The position numbers and the translations under genes are program-made. From contig OX597825.1 of assembly GCA_951406725.2 (NCBI GenBank), positions 86,614,001 to 86,678,000 on the forward strand: a stretch of DNA of 64,000 bases, given 5' to 3'. Source of the stretch: Octopus vulgaris. Taxonomy: Eukaryota. This document shows, piece by piece, positions 38,501 through 52,500 of this stretch. The stretch's first letter is position 1. Every line of letters begins with the position of its first letter. The notes under the pieces are model-generated. The model saw only the letters and a program-made list of their open reading frames with translations. It ran no database searches and was not told the DNA's origin.

Positions 38501-41500
38501 CTGACTGCAGCATGTTTTCCTTATATGTCTTCTGTCTTGATGGTTTCTTCATCTTTTGTTGCTTGTGGAAGTAGTTGGAGCATGTCTTGTCTTCAACAGT
38601 TTTTTTTTTTTAAAGTTGTTTTTTTCTCTTTTCTGATATCAATCTCCCATTTGTAAGTTAAGGGTGAGTTTTAAATATTTTTTTCCATTATTTTCCATCC
38701 CTTCGCTTTCTCATTTTGTATGATTTTAGTATATTTGTGGTGTCTGGAACATGTTATTAATAATAACTATTTTTGTCTTCCATCATTTTACAGGAACTAT
38801 TTCTGTTCAGAGCATCACCATTTGATGGAACCATCTCAGTGGTTACCAGCTAAATGGGTAATGGTCTGAAAAGTATTTTTTTTTTTTTTCCATGATTAAA
38901 ATGAATAAATATCAATTAATAAAGGTTATGCTAAATTACTGTCATTTCACAATATCAAACAGGTGTAATGTCTCAGGTAATAGAAGTTGTAAAGAATTTC
39001 CTCAAATGTTTCATTGTTCTGAAAATCTGATTAAGTGTTCTGTCCATCTCTGTGTAAATAAGTTCCGAGGTTTACTTGAGTGGAAAGTAGGATTTGTTTT
39101 TCAAAATTGATTCTTAGAATATTAATAACAAATGAATAGAAATCCTGATTGGTTTGTTTCTACAATTCATGTTAGACATAATTTTACAGCTTCAGAGATT
39201 CATTAACCATTTTTCTATTTTAAATGGCTCCAAAGAAATTTGTTTGTTTTGGCTGCTGTCATTTGAATATCTTATATTCTTTGAAAACATAAACGCATAC
39301 AGTAAGGGTGGTCATTATCTGGATAGTGTCAAATGTTCTTCTATCTTGGGGATTCTTTCTAATTTTAAAATAATTTTGTGATATAAGTATTTTAATTAAT
39401 AAGTTCCAAGTAAGTGGTAAGCATAAAAATATTTAAAATTCTATCAACATTATCACTGTTGTGATGCTGCATCAATTGTTAGACTAGGAAATAATTTTCT
39501 CTGTAACAACCCGTTGGTATCTGCTTTTGAATAGTTTTAATTTGAGAAACCTGAAATGATGAAATTAGTTTCAGTTACAAACTTATTCCTATGTAAAAAA
39601 AAAAAAAAAAGAATGTCATTGAGTCTCTTTGACATTTTCAAGAACCACCTGTAATTCTTGCTTCCTAATTCAAGATTTTCCATCCAGTGTTTGTCTACAG
39701 GATCAATATCAGTGGGAAATGGTTTGTTTTTATTTGTTTGGATCCGGTTGGTTACCATTTCTATGCTAATGGCTAGTTCTGGGACAACCAGTTTGTTGTT
39801 AGGGTACCTCACCATATCTAAAATTTACATGTTTGAATAGTTATTAAGTCCAATCCCCAACCATGTGGTTTTGAGTTCAGTCCCAATGTATGCCACCTTA
39901 GGCAAGTGTCTTACTACTATTATAGCCCTTGGTCAACCAAATCTTTGAATAGATTTGATAAACAAAAGCCAAAAGCAAGCCATTGCAAGCTCATGTGTGC
40001 ATGTGCGTGCATTTGCATCCACAAAATCACCTTTATGAAATTTTGTTGTCCTCTTGTCAACAGATCATCCTCTTTGAAGTTGCATGGAATACGATATCTC
40101 TTATTTGAAAAACAAGTACACATTAGTGACAGGAAAGGCATCTGGCTATAAAACAAGGTCTCAGTGACTTACTCATCTAACCCATGCAAACATAGAAAAA
40201 CAAAACCAGACAAACCTGAAAAGAACTTGACTCTTACCATTCACTTTGGTATCTTAAGATTTTAATGCAAGGATCATCTCAGATGGAATCTATTGGATCT
40301 TATTTAGTCTTTTGTCAAGTAAAATTACTATTTAACCCTAGGCCAAGCCTGATAAAGCAGATCTGGGACCAGACTTGTCCCACTTAGGTGTACACTGTCT
40401 TTTTATTTTATGTCTTAATTTTTGTTTTTAAAGAAATGGTGAGGTGTAATTTTCAGTAACTTTGGCTACTATTTCTAGCTGTCTTCTGACTACATAGAGG
40501 TTCTGTAGGGATATAACTATATTGTATTATATGCAAAAGGCTTTTTTATAAATTAGTGTCTACAAAAAACTCTCTGTCTGTATTTAGTTGTATGTTTGTG
40601 TTTTATGTGAGTGCAATTAAATATTATGGTATGAATATAATTTGTAAAAATTCCAAATTTGTGTGAAAGTAAAGAAAATACAAAACAGAAAAGTCAATAA
40701 CAGTTATAGAAATGGTGTTTGTTTCCATTTGTCATTTAGGTTGGAAGATGTAAATTTTGGCCTAACTTTAATATTCTCTCTATCTGTGACAAAGACACCA
40801 AATATCTTTCGTTGGGTCCTTGAATGTTTTTCTAAAATATTTGAGGTTCATGATTATTGGTTTTTGATGAAAGGAATATGTAAGAGTTGCCGAGAAAGAA
40901 AATTAGGGAATCGAGGTTGGGATAATAATGGTATTAGTAAATTAGAATAAGAACAGACAGAAAGTTAAGAGATTTCATTACATATATTAAATTGTTGCTA
41001 GGTTTAACGAGCTGTAATACTAATGCATTGTTATTAATTAATAAGAGTTAATTAAGAATATAAGAAAATGATTCGAGAAAGATTAAGATATTACTGAAAT
41101 ATAAACAGGTTTGTATAAGTGAAATAAGGTGTTTTTCTTGAATTTGATCATTTCTAAAGACTGCCATGTTCGTTTTAAGGTTTTATGTTTATTGATATAT
41201 TTAACATATTTTGATCCTTTTTGCCAATGAATTCCCTTCATGGAATTCTATGCCCTTCTTCCCCCTCTATATTTTGGTTATTACTATTCTGTTCCATTTG
41301 GTAGTTTTGGAAGAACAGAAACCTGTCTTACCTCTGCTAGGCAATGAAATGAGGCAAAACAAAAAAAAAAAAAAAAAAAGATGCAACTAAATCCCTTCTT
41401 GTATTAATTAAAGTTAATTAGTTTTGTTTCTGGCTGCGGTAAGTATGTTTTCTAATTAGTATTGTGTGATTCCAAACAACATGGGGGTAGAGAAGCACTG

Positions 41501-42419
41501 TCCCCCCTTGACCTCGCTAGTTGTAAGCAGACACTGTTTTATCAGATTGACTTCTTGTGTTGTTTATTGACTTCATCTGTATTTTTTTTTTTTTATTCTC
41601 TCGATATTCTTTGAATTGTTTCCATGATTGGAGAGGAAGATGCAGTGGAAGTTTTGAGGCAAATAATTCAATGGAGCATTATTGGGAGGATGGGGGTGAG
41701 GGGTGAGGGTGGGGAGGACCAAAAACACAAAACCATTGATTCCATATGAGCACTGTTGACACTATATCTCAAGAATTTTGGTCTGGGATTCTATTTTTTT
41801 GCCAAAGTACTTTTTAAGCATCAAGCATCATACCCCAGTCTCAGAATGTTTCTCTAAAATTATAAAATGGAATCAGTTCACTTTCAATGACTGAATTATT
41901 TAACCAATAAAACTGACCATAATGTGGTATTGAGGGAGACGACAGCTATTGTTTTTATGTGATTGGTTAAAAAAAAAGTGAAGGAACCAATGTATTTTTG
42001 AAGACATCACTAGTAAATCTGAGTGTTTCTGGTGCTTGGGAATCTGAAGGTGTGAATTGTATCTGCCGCATCTTCCTCCCTAACAACTGATGAAAGCATG
42101 TTGTGTTGTGGGTCACCTACCAATCTAGATGTTAATTACAGGCAAACTCCTCTTCCACCGCAACAAGATTAGCCCCTGGTAAGACACCAATAATCTATCT
42201 TGCTATTTTTATTTATTTCTTTGCCACACTTTTATTATTTGGTGCATGGTCAGTCTTCTTGTTATTCTGACACGAGATTGGGGATGTGTTGGCAATAATA
42301 GAAAGGCCACAAGAAGTAGAGGGTGTCACAGTACTTTAGTTGATTGTCTTCAACCTGTTGCTGTGCTACTGTTGCTCTGCATGCCCACATGTAAACATAT
42401 TTATATATGCATTCACATG

Positions 42420-42452
<33 letters not shown>

Positions 42453-45400
42453 GTATATATATATATACATGTGAATGCATATATACATATGTGTATACAT
42501 ATATATATACATACACACATTATAGTTTGGTGCTATTGACTCCTGTTTCCATTTTGTTTAGAAACCTACCTCTCATGTTGTTTGCAGTCATGTCATTACT
42601 CCCCAATATGCTTATTTGTAGTCAACACACACTGCTAGTAGGAACCAACAATTATATTTTACAAGGCTTTTATGTTTTGTATTTGAAAAAAAAAAAAATT
42701 TAAACCTGAAAGAAACCGATTCACTTTTTTTGGTTGATAATTATCAGCTTTCTTTTGAAAATTTCATTTATTTCCAAATATAGTTTGTCTTGTTTTAGTA
42801 ATTGGTTTGTTGATATGGAGGAAAAAAGCAAACAGGAAAAAACCCCACCCAAATTAAAACTGGTTTGTGCTAAAAGATCTCTGTTTTATTTTGGAATATT
42901 GTCACAGACTTTTATAAAGAATATTTATAAAAAAAATAAGGAAAAAAAAATCTCAGAAAATCAAAACCATTTATTCCTTCAACAGTTTCAGTTGATATTA
43001 CGTGTTGTGTTGAGGGGTTCATAAATGCATCAAATCGTACACTGTGAGGTAAGGTATTTGAGAGTTAATTGGATATTTAGATATTCTTTACATCAGCCAT
43101 TTCTTAATGAAATGTCTTTAGAAATCAAAATATATAATTTCATTTAATCATTTTGTAACAGTATTTCTTATGAAAATAACACTACCAATGTGTTTTATTT
43201 AATTTTGAAAATAATTCTGAATTTAATGGATTCAGTGAACTAAATAAAAAATTTTCATTATGAATTTAGTGTTAGTTAGGAATAGGTTTAAAAAGAAACT
43301 ATTCTGGAATGTCTCTGTTGAAATATAAACACTTTTGAATTTATAGTGTTTGTATCAAAGCTAGCGATAGTTTCAGATGGTTTGCTGTATAATTATAAGC
43401 AGTAATTGCTGCTGCTGCTGCTGCAGTTTATTTTAAATCTATACAGCAACAAACTTAACAGTATTTCCTCCAATAAAATAAAGGGTCAAGTTGATTGGTG
43501 CTGACAAATTCTATGACATTTATTAGAGATTAATATTTCAGAAGAAGCAGAATGAATATTGCTAATTGCTGTTTGATAATTATTATTAAACCTATCCTAT
43601 GAGTAAATTTATGAGATGAGTTTTGATTTTAAAAATAGATTTAGCTTTGAAAATTGACTATTTGATACATTACAAATGTTGATGTTTTCAAAATTTCTTT
43701 CCCTAGAAAATGTGGAATCTATTACATGAAATGGTTTTTGTTTTGTTAGTTGGGTCACTTTACTGAAGACTTGGTCTTGCATTTGTTGGTACCATATTTC
43801 TGGAAGCAACACCAGTATTGTTAAGTGATTTAAGCAGGCTCTCCTGTAATTGCAGTTTAATGCCTTTCGGGTCAAAATGGGATTTTATCTTTGATGCCAG
43901 GCTATGAAAAAAGCATCACATCTGGGAGCTTGAAAGCTGTGATGAAGTTGATGGGTTTTAAAGTAGAACATATTTAGGATGGCTATAAATGTCACCTGCA
44001 AAACGATAGTTTGTCTTCTGATGCTGTTGGAAATTGTTTTAGAAATTTATACAAATCAAAATTTACAAATTTCTTATTGAAATAAATTAGTTGTAAATTA
44101 ATTCACAAATTTAATTAGTTCACAAGTGAATCAAACAAAATTTTAATTAAACTGTTAAATTGTTTCTATTCAGTAACTCTTTAGTGTTTGGCTGAATGAA
44201 CCAATTTATCAGTAATGAAATGTCATTGATAGACTAAATAACAAAATATAGATTATTGATTTGCTTGATTTGATCACTGTCTATTTTACTTGGTCCCCAT
44301 GCTATTTGTGACTTTTTCTGCTGTGGTCGACTTTGCCTTTCATCCTTTTGGAGTCGATAAGAACCAGTCAAGTACTGAAGTTGATGAATGGATTTATTCT
44401 CCTAAAATTGCAGGCCTTGTGCCATAATTTGAAACCATTAATATTTTACCAAGGTCAGCTTTGCCCTTCATCCTTTTGGGGGGTGGGGTCAATAAAACAA
44501 GTACCAGTGAAGTCCTGGAGTCAATGTAATTGACTAGACCCTCCTTTCAACATCTGCTTGCCCTGTACCAACATTTGAAACCATTATTAATATTATTATT
44601 ATTATTATTATTATTATTGCTGTCTTTCAGTGACCTCCTCCTCTTCCTCCTCCTCCTCCATTCAAACACAACCTCAACCATTTCCTCCAACTTCATTTAT
44701 TCCTCCTTGCACTGCCTTTGTTCTTTGTGTGACATTTTCCACACGTCCATCTTTTCAATATTCATCTCTGTTCTGTGTACCGTTGTTGTTGTTGTTGTTC
44801 TTGCTGCTACCTTTCATTATTTATTTCATCTTGCCATCATCATTTCATGCTTCAGTAAATATATTTTGGAATGGAGTATTTTCTATCCATTTTGTTTTTT
44901 TTTTAAACCTTCTAAACTTGAAATTGTAGAAAAACATTCACCATTGATTCGAGAATCACTAAAAAATGTTTTTTTTCTCTGAATTTAAAATGAATTCAAA
45001 ATTTTCTTTTTATTGTTTCTTATTTCAATAGTTTAAAAATGTCCTATAAAATGTATATCAACATCCTGATGGTCACAAGTGTGTATGTGTATGTGTGTGT
45101 TTTGGTAACGGCTCATTTGGTGAGCATATTTAGTAATTGTTGAATTGGGGAAATGTAAGCCATAAGTTTGGCTTCCTAACTACGTGATTCTGGGTTCAGT
45201 CCCTCTGCACAGCATGTTAAGCAAGTGTCTTTCTGTTGTAACCTCAGTCCAGCCAAAGCCTTGTGAAAGGATTTGGTAAATGGAAACTGAAAGAAGCCCG
45301 ACACATATAAAACTGGCACTCCACTGGTGATGACAATGAGGGTCCCAGCTGATATGATCAACAGAACAGTCCCCTCATGAAACTCACGTGCAAGTGGCTG

Positions 45401-48400
45401 AGTACTCCACAGGCACGTGTACTCTTACTGTAGCTCTCAGGAAGATTCAGTGTGACACAATATGTAACAAGGCTGCTCCTCTGAAATACAGGTACAACTC
45501 ACTTTTGTCAGCAGGGTGAAGTAAAGTGTCTTGCTCAAGGACACACCACACACCACTGGGAGTTGATTGTAAGCCAGATATCGTAACCACTAAGCCACAC
45601 ACATCTACATGTATCTTTGTGTCTGTTTGCTCCCCCAGCCCTGGCAACCAGTGTTGGTGGGTTTATATCCCTGCAACTTAGTAGTTTGGCAAAAAGTCAC
45701 TGATAGAATAAGTACCAGGCTTTAAAAACGAAAAGAAAAAGGAAGTCCTGGGGTTTATTCAACTAAAAATTTTTCAGTGTTTCCCCAGCAAGGCTGCAGT
45801 CCAATGACTGAAACAAGGAAACGATAAAAGATGTGTGTAATAAATTCCCTTTTTGATGAAATCTTACGGTTTCACTTGGTTATTGTTGTAGATTTTTCTG
45901 TTATAAATTAACAGGTAGGTCACACGTTTTACCTCACACAATGCAGGACACAACAAAGGAAGTCTTATTTATTCTTTCTGTTTTTAATGACTAACATGCT
46001 CCTAAGATATTCATAACAGCTCAGTTGACAGCTGGGACATACCAAAAGATAACAACTGTCATTACTCAATTCGACACCATGTTAGCAGGTCTAAGAATAA
46101 TTATTTCAACTCTCTCGCAATGTCATCACACCCAGCTTGAAACTCTGATCTGATGAGAGTGAGGTGATGGGGCAGAGGAGGAGTGTAGATTCTGGGTGTG
46201 ACAACATTGTGTCACTTGTAAAATAATAAATATTTGTAGACCTCTTGACATTGTCAGTAATTGTTTGATAACAATTATTATATGTTGGCATCTCTTAGCT
46301 CGTTTAACATGTAATGAGTGTCTTAGCAGAATATTAACTGCTAATTAATTACATACTGACAATTATTGAATTTCTGGGTTCTACTGACATATTTACTTGG
46401 TTTAGTGAGGAAAACAACAACCACCTTACTATTGTTTCATGTGTGTGTGTTAGCATCCATATATAGAAAAGTGGATGTTAAATGGTGTGTGTGGGTGTGT
46501 GTGGGTGTGTGTGTGTGGTGCTAAATTTGATGTTAAAAATTTAAAAAAAAAATGTATTTGCATCTAATTACTCTTTGCTGAACTCTGGTTACTCTATTGA
46601 TTCCTAAAATATTGGGCTTAGATGACATTGATTAACCACTTCTTATGAGGTCCACCTGGAGCTGCTCCATAATCATAATAATCCTTTCTGCTCTAGGTAC
46701 AAAAGGTGTGACATGTTTTAGGGAAGGTGGGGGCTAGTTGCTTGCATCAACTCCAGTGCACAACAGGTGCTTATTTCATTGACCCTGAAAGACAAAGTTG
46801 ACGGTGACAGAATTTTGAACTCCTGAAGTAAAGCTGGATGAAACACTGCCATGCATTTTCGTCCAACTGTTTTCTGCCACAACCGTTTCACTACTCGTTT
46901 TAGCAGTTAATTTGGCTGAATGGAGCAAGCACAGTTGAAATACTTTGTCACTGTAAGATTTCAACTTTGACCCTCTCTCTGCTCAATTAACCAGTTTTGT
47001 CTTCTCTCGGCCAAATGCTCTGCATTTATTTCACAAACATCTGCTGTTTATAGCATAATCCATTAAGTATTCACTAAGTTGATAGGGGGGGGGGGGTAAA
47101 AAAGATGAATGGTTTAAATAGTTGAAGGAGTGAGTTGCAGGTGGATTGCTTTTAAAGTGTTCCCTTCTATTCATCTCATTAAGACCAGATCCAAAAATAA
47201 TCAACTTTCTATTCAACCATCCTCTCTGCTCACAGTGTAGGGTTTCTGGCCTTGGTTGCTTGTGGCGTTCTTGTCTCTCTTGACACGGGATTCTCAAGTT
47301 AAAGAAAGCTCTGTAGAATTTAGTATTGCTATTGCTGACAGAAATAACAGCTTTCAGTGAAATCTATAAGTTTCTCTTACAGTTTTGGGGTATCGTTTGT
47401 CTTTTAGTACTTTCCATTATATTTTAGAGTTGATTCAGTCAATTCTTCCTACCTTTTCCGGATATTCTCACCTAATTCTCAATAGAAGAAACTGATGCAA
47501 GCAAGTGTTTGTATTGGTTTCATCCATCACAATGTCAGTTGAGGAAGCTTCTGTCCAGAAAATGTCATAATCATGATCTTATTACTTATCAAATATTGAA
47601 AATTATATTGTTGTTGTCAGCAGGCAAGTCTCTCTACAATTATAAATTGGTCTGTTATTGCTATAGGAAATATATTCTGCTGTGTTCGTCTTTTAATGCT
47701 GTAAATTGATCTCCACTGCTCTGCCTTCCGTTACCTTCTAAAAGTATGTTTTAAAGTTAGTTCCCATCACTATCCAACTATCCGGTCCCTCTCTGCAGGG
47801 ACACCGAGTCAATCTAGAGAGACAATACAATGTGTATCGCCTATTTACAAGAAGGACAACCTTTCTTGGCCACAAGCAAGTATAGTTTCTGTAGAGTTAG
47901 ATCCATCACAGATTTGCTCTCCTTTCTCATGCATCAATAATTTCTCAGTTTTGTGGTGAACATCAGTTAAAGCAATGTTGTCTCTTTAGAGACCAACAAA
48001 ATCGTTTTCCTTGTGTCTACTTTGTCAAATCAAGAACTTAACTGGGAAATTCTCAAAGTCCTCTTTACACTCATTCAGTTCCCACAAAATGGCCATTGTG
48101 TTACCCGAGCACTTCTTTGTGTGTATATCAATGTTTCTAATCTCTCTCTCTCTCTCTCTTACAAATGATATTAACCTTCATTTGTTCAATCTTCCCAAAT
48201 CTGTCATCTACATGAAATCAAAACCCCTCTCAACCTGTCCTGTTTCTGCCAATTAGTGACACAGAGCACCAAACCTTCTTCAGCAGTTTTTTTTACTCTG
48301 TTTTCTCCTGTTAGATCAAAGCCCTCACTGTTACAATTGCTTCACCTCACAATCTTACATAGAACATTGTCAAAACAATTCCAGAAAGACTGCAGCTCTG

Positions 48401-49510
48401 TTCAATAGCTCGTCTAAAACTTATGTTCACATCCTCCTCACATGTCTACACACTGCTGCCACTACACATGCACGCACACACAGACACACACAGACACACA
48501 CACACACACACACACACACACCCATTCAAAGAAGGTTATTCAGCTACTTGGTTAAAAACTCACAAGATCACAGGCATACCATTCCTTTCCCCATCTCCCC
48601 AACCCCCCACAACAACAACAGTCTCTGCTCCTCTGAGTACCAGCTCCACTTGTTACTGCTTCTATTAATCTCAGTACTAAATGCTTTACCCAATTCTTCC
48701 TACCACAAACAACCCAAAATATATTTTGCAGCCCTACAAATGTTCAAAGTGTATCAATATCACAAATCTGGGACAACCTACAATGGTTATTAGCATCTTG
48801 TTCCAAATCTTGTAGAATTCATTTCAAACATCACAACAATGGCCACTGACATATTTCTATTCAAACCACTGGCCAAGTCCATTATACAGTGTTATTTGAA
48901 CAACTCTACCTTGTATGTACTTTAGGATTAACTTAGTTTATTTATAACACATTGTTTGAGGTTGAAGGATGTCAAAATCTGTTAGAATGTTGTGCAGCAA
49001 TCTCAAAGGTTTTTGCAGATTTCCTTGTGGAATCTTGTAAATTCCATCTTTTTTTTGTGAAAGACTTGTTTTCCATTGGGTTGAGAATTTGGCTGAAGTA
49101 CATTCTGTATTGATAGAGAATTGTCTTGAGCAATTTTCATTACAGGCTGTGGCAGGTGATAAAGGGATCTTCATGGAACTAATGTTTTGCAGTCTTTTTG
49201 CTGTGTTATTATCATGATTCAGACTGGTTCATTTCGTATTAAAATGTTTATCAGTCTGTAAAATGGGGCCTTTTTTTTTTGTAATATCTTGTTCAGATAC
49301 TTCAACTATTTGATATATCATAGTTTTCAGTAATTTACAAAATAGTTTAGTTGACAATAAAATAGCAGCCAACATAAAGTATAAATTTCTTACCTTTTTA
49401 TAAAACCTTGTTTTTTTTTTTTCTTTTTATAAAGCAAGGTGGAGCAGCTTCAGTGCCCACAGTTGGGAATATTTATTAAGCTATACTCATCTTGGCTTTA
49501 AATAGCAAAT

Positions 49511-49567
<57 letters not shown>

Positions 49568-52500
49568 CTTTTTTTTACTTGTTTCATCATATATATATCG
49601 CTGCAACTATTTTTGTAAGCCGTACTTATTCTATCGGTCTTCGAACCGCTAATAAGGAATAAACCCCAGCATGGTTGTCAGCAATGCTAGGGACAGACAC
49701 AGACACACAACACACATGCATATATATATATATAATACACGGCTTCTTTCAGTTCCGTCTACATCCCTCACAAGGCTTTGTGCGGCTAAAGAAGACACCA
49801 GCCCAAGTGCACGAGTGGACTGACCGCTTGGTTGAAAGTCTACCACAGCCACTCCTGCGCCTATATATGTAAGAGACACACACACTTATGTATTCTAACA
49901 GCCTCGTCATATTTAGTGACAATTATAGTCTTCTCTCTTGATAACACATTGTCTATTCCTATCGATATTAATTAATTAATTATGTGTTTGTGTGTCTGTG
50001 ATCGTCCCCCACCTCCAACATCGCTTGACAATCGATGCTGGTGTGTTTACATCCCCGTAACTTAGTGGTTCGGCAAAAGAGACCGATAGAATAAGTACTA
50101 GGCTTACAAAGAATGAGTCCTGGGGGTCGGTGTCTTCGACTAAAGGCGGTGCTCCAGCATGGCCACAGTCAAATGACTGAAACAAGTAAAAGAGTAAATG
50201 ATGTATTGCAAGGGACGTAACTTTTACAACAATTTAAGTTACCTCCCTTAGTGGAATGCTGAAACAGAATTATCTGAAAGGAAAATGCCTCTTTGTGACA
50301 CTGAGCTCTCTCCTCCTCTGTTGCTCTATTGTAACACCAGATGGTATGTAACATTATAGAAATTAGTTTCCATAGCACGAGAAACATTTGTTTCGGTGGG
50401 AGTTGGGTAATGTTAAATTTTGGCTGAAATACGATCTGTGTCCTAGTTTTACAAAGTTAATATATATTTTGTTATTTGTATATATAACAATCTATTTAGC
50501 CTAATAGGATTTGGGTGAGGGCATAAATGGCCACCTGCCTTGCTGTGTGCATTTGAGCATGGATATTTAATGCAACATGTTTAATGTAGTGTATCTATGG
50601 ATGGCACATGGTTTAGTGGTTAGGATGTTGGTTTCATGGTTGTAAGGTGGTAGGTTTGATCTCAGGACCAAGGCACTTAATTGCTCCTCTGCAACCAAGT
50701 CCCAGCCAAGGGCTGATGGCGCTGTCTTTCGCTCTGCGCTTGCTTTTATGTTCTGCTAATCAACAGGGTCAGTGCTGAGAGGCTGTGTTGTCTGCTTTTG
50801 AGTGCAGAAGCATCTATAAAAGATAACGAAAGGGTGAAAGTGTGGGTTTTACTGCCAGGTCATACTTGCTTGCAGGTGATGGCTAGGTTTAAGCTTTTTA
50901 ATGGATGATGAGTGGTGTGTCTGCAGGTGGACATGTGGTGCAAAGTAATTTAGTGGGTCTATGCGAACAGGTGCAGTTTACTGTGTGTCTATATGTGAAC
51001 TCCTACGCTTAATGTGTATGTATATGGATATATACAGTTAATGTAGTGTGTCTGTATATGTGAACATACACAGTTTACAGCTAAACATATTAAGTTTTCC
51101 ACTCAAAGTTTTTAGTGTGAAGGGAGAGGCTGCTCACTTGTATACCGTCCAAAAGTGACGAGGTGGACTTGTAGCGTTTCTCACTGGTTCTAGAACCAGA
51201 AAGTAGGATAGTCTGCTAAAATACTTTAGATTTTTAGTTTAGTGATCAGAATTCATATTCTGCTGGAGTCAGCATCTCTGAGATTAATAAATTAATTAAT
51301 TTTAAGAATGTGGGATGTTAATTAATTAACATATTATTAACATATTCTATTTCTGGTTTTGTATCAATTACCTTTTAGACAAAAATGAATGTTCTACTTA
51401 AAGAAGCATATAATAAATATTAATCACTGTGTGTGTAATAGTTAAAAACATAACTTTGGTAATTCATAGTTGAGCCATTTCATTTTGAGAATTATCCAAT
51501 CTGATATTTTCTGTCAGTTGTAATTATTGATTTTAAGTTTTAGTAGCAGAATGGTTTGGTATGTCTCTGGATCTCTCCAAATATTAGGGGTGTTTAAGGC
51601 AGTGCAAGCTGGACAAAATGCTTAAGAGCATTTCATCTGTCTTTATGTTGTCAGTTCAAATTCTGCCAAGGGCAGCTTTGCCTTTCATCTTTTTGGGGTC
51701 AATGAAATAAGAACTAGTTCAGTGCTGGGGTTGATGTAATCGACTTGCCCTGTCATCATCATCATCATCGTTTAACATCCACTTTCCATGCTGGCATGGG
51801 TTGGATGGTTTGACTGAGGCCTGGCATGCTAAGAGGTCGCTTGACTCAAGCACAGCATATTGCCTGACTGGTTATGTGACACTGACATCGGGCACGGCTA
51901 AGATATCACTTGACCTGATGGGTCTTCTCAAGCACAGCATATCTCCAGAGGTCTCGGTTGCTTGTCATTGCTTCTGTGAGGCCCATCGTTCGAAGGTCGT
52001 GCTTCACCACCTCATTCCACATCTTCCTGGGTTTACCTCTTCTACAGGTTCCTTCCATTGTTAGGGTGTAACACTTCTTCACACAACTGTCCTCATCCAT
52101 ACGTAACACATGACCATACCAGTGCAGCCGTCTCTCTTGCACACCACATCTGATGCTTCTTATGTCCAACTTTTCTCTCAGGGCACTCACACTCTGTCGT
52201 GTATGCACACTGACATTACACATCCAGTGGAGCATACTAGCTTCATTCCTTGCAAGCCTACACATGTCCTCAGCACTCAACCCATGTATCGCTGCCATGT
52301 AGCATGGCTGTTTGCACACAGGCCTCATCACCCACCCAAAATTGCTGTCCTTGTGCCAGAATTTGAAACCAATATTATTTTGAACTTATCATTTCAGTAT
52401 AGCTGATGTGATTAGAAATTATTTCAAGTTGGTAAAACCTTTTTCTAGTGTTGGTGAAAGTGGATTATTTCCATAGTAATTCATTTGGGGAGAATGTTGT

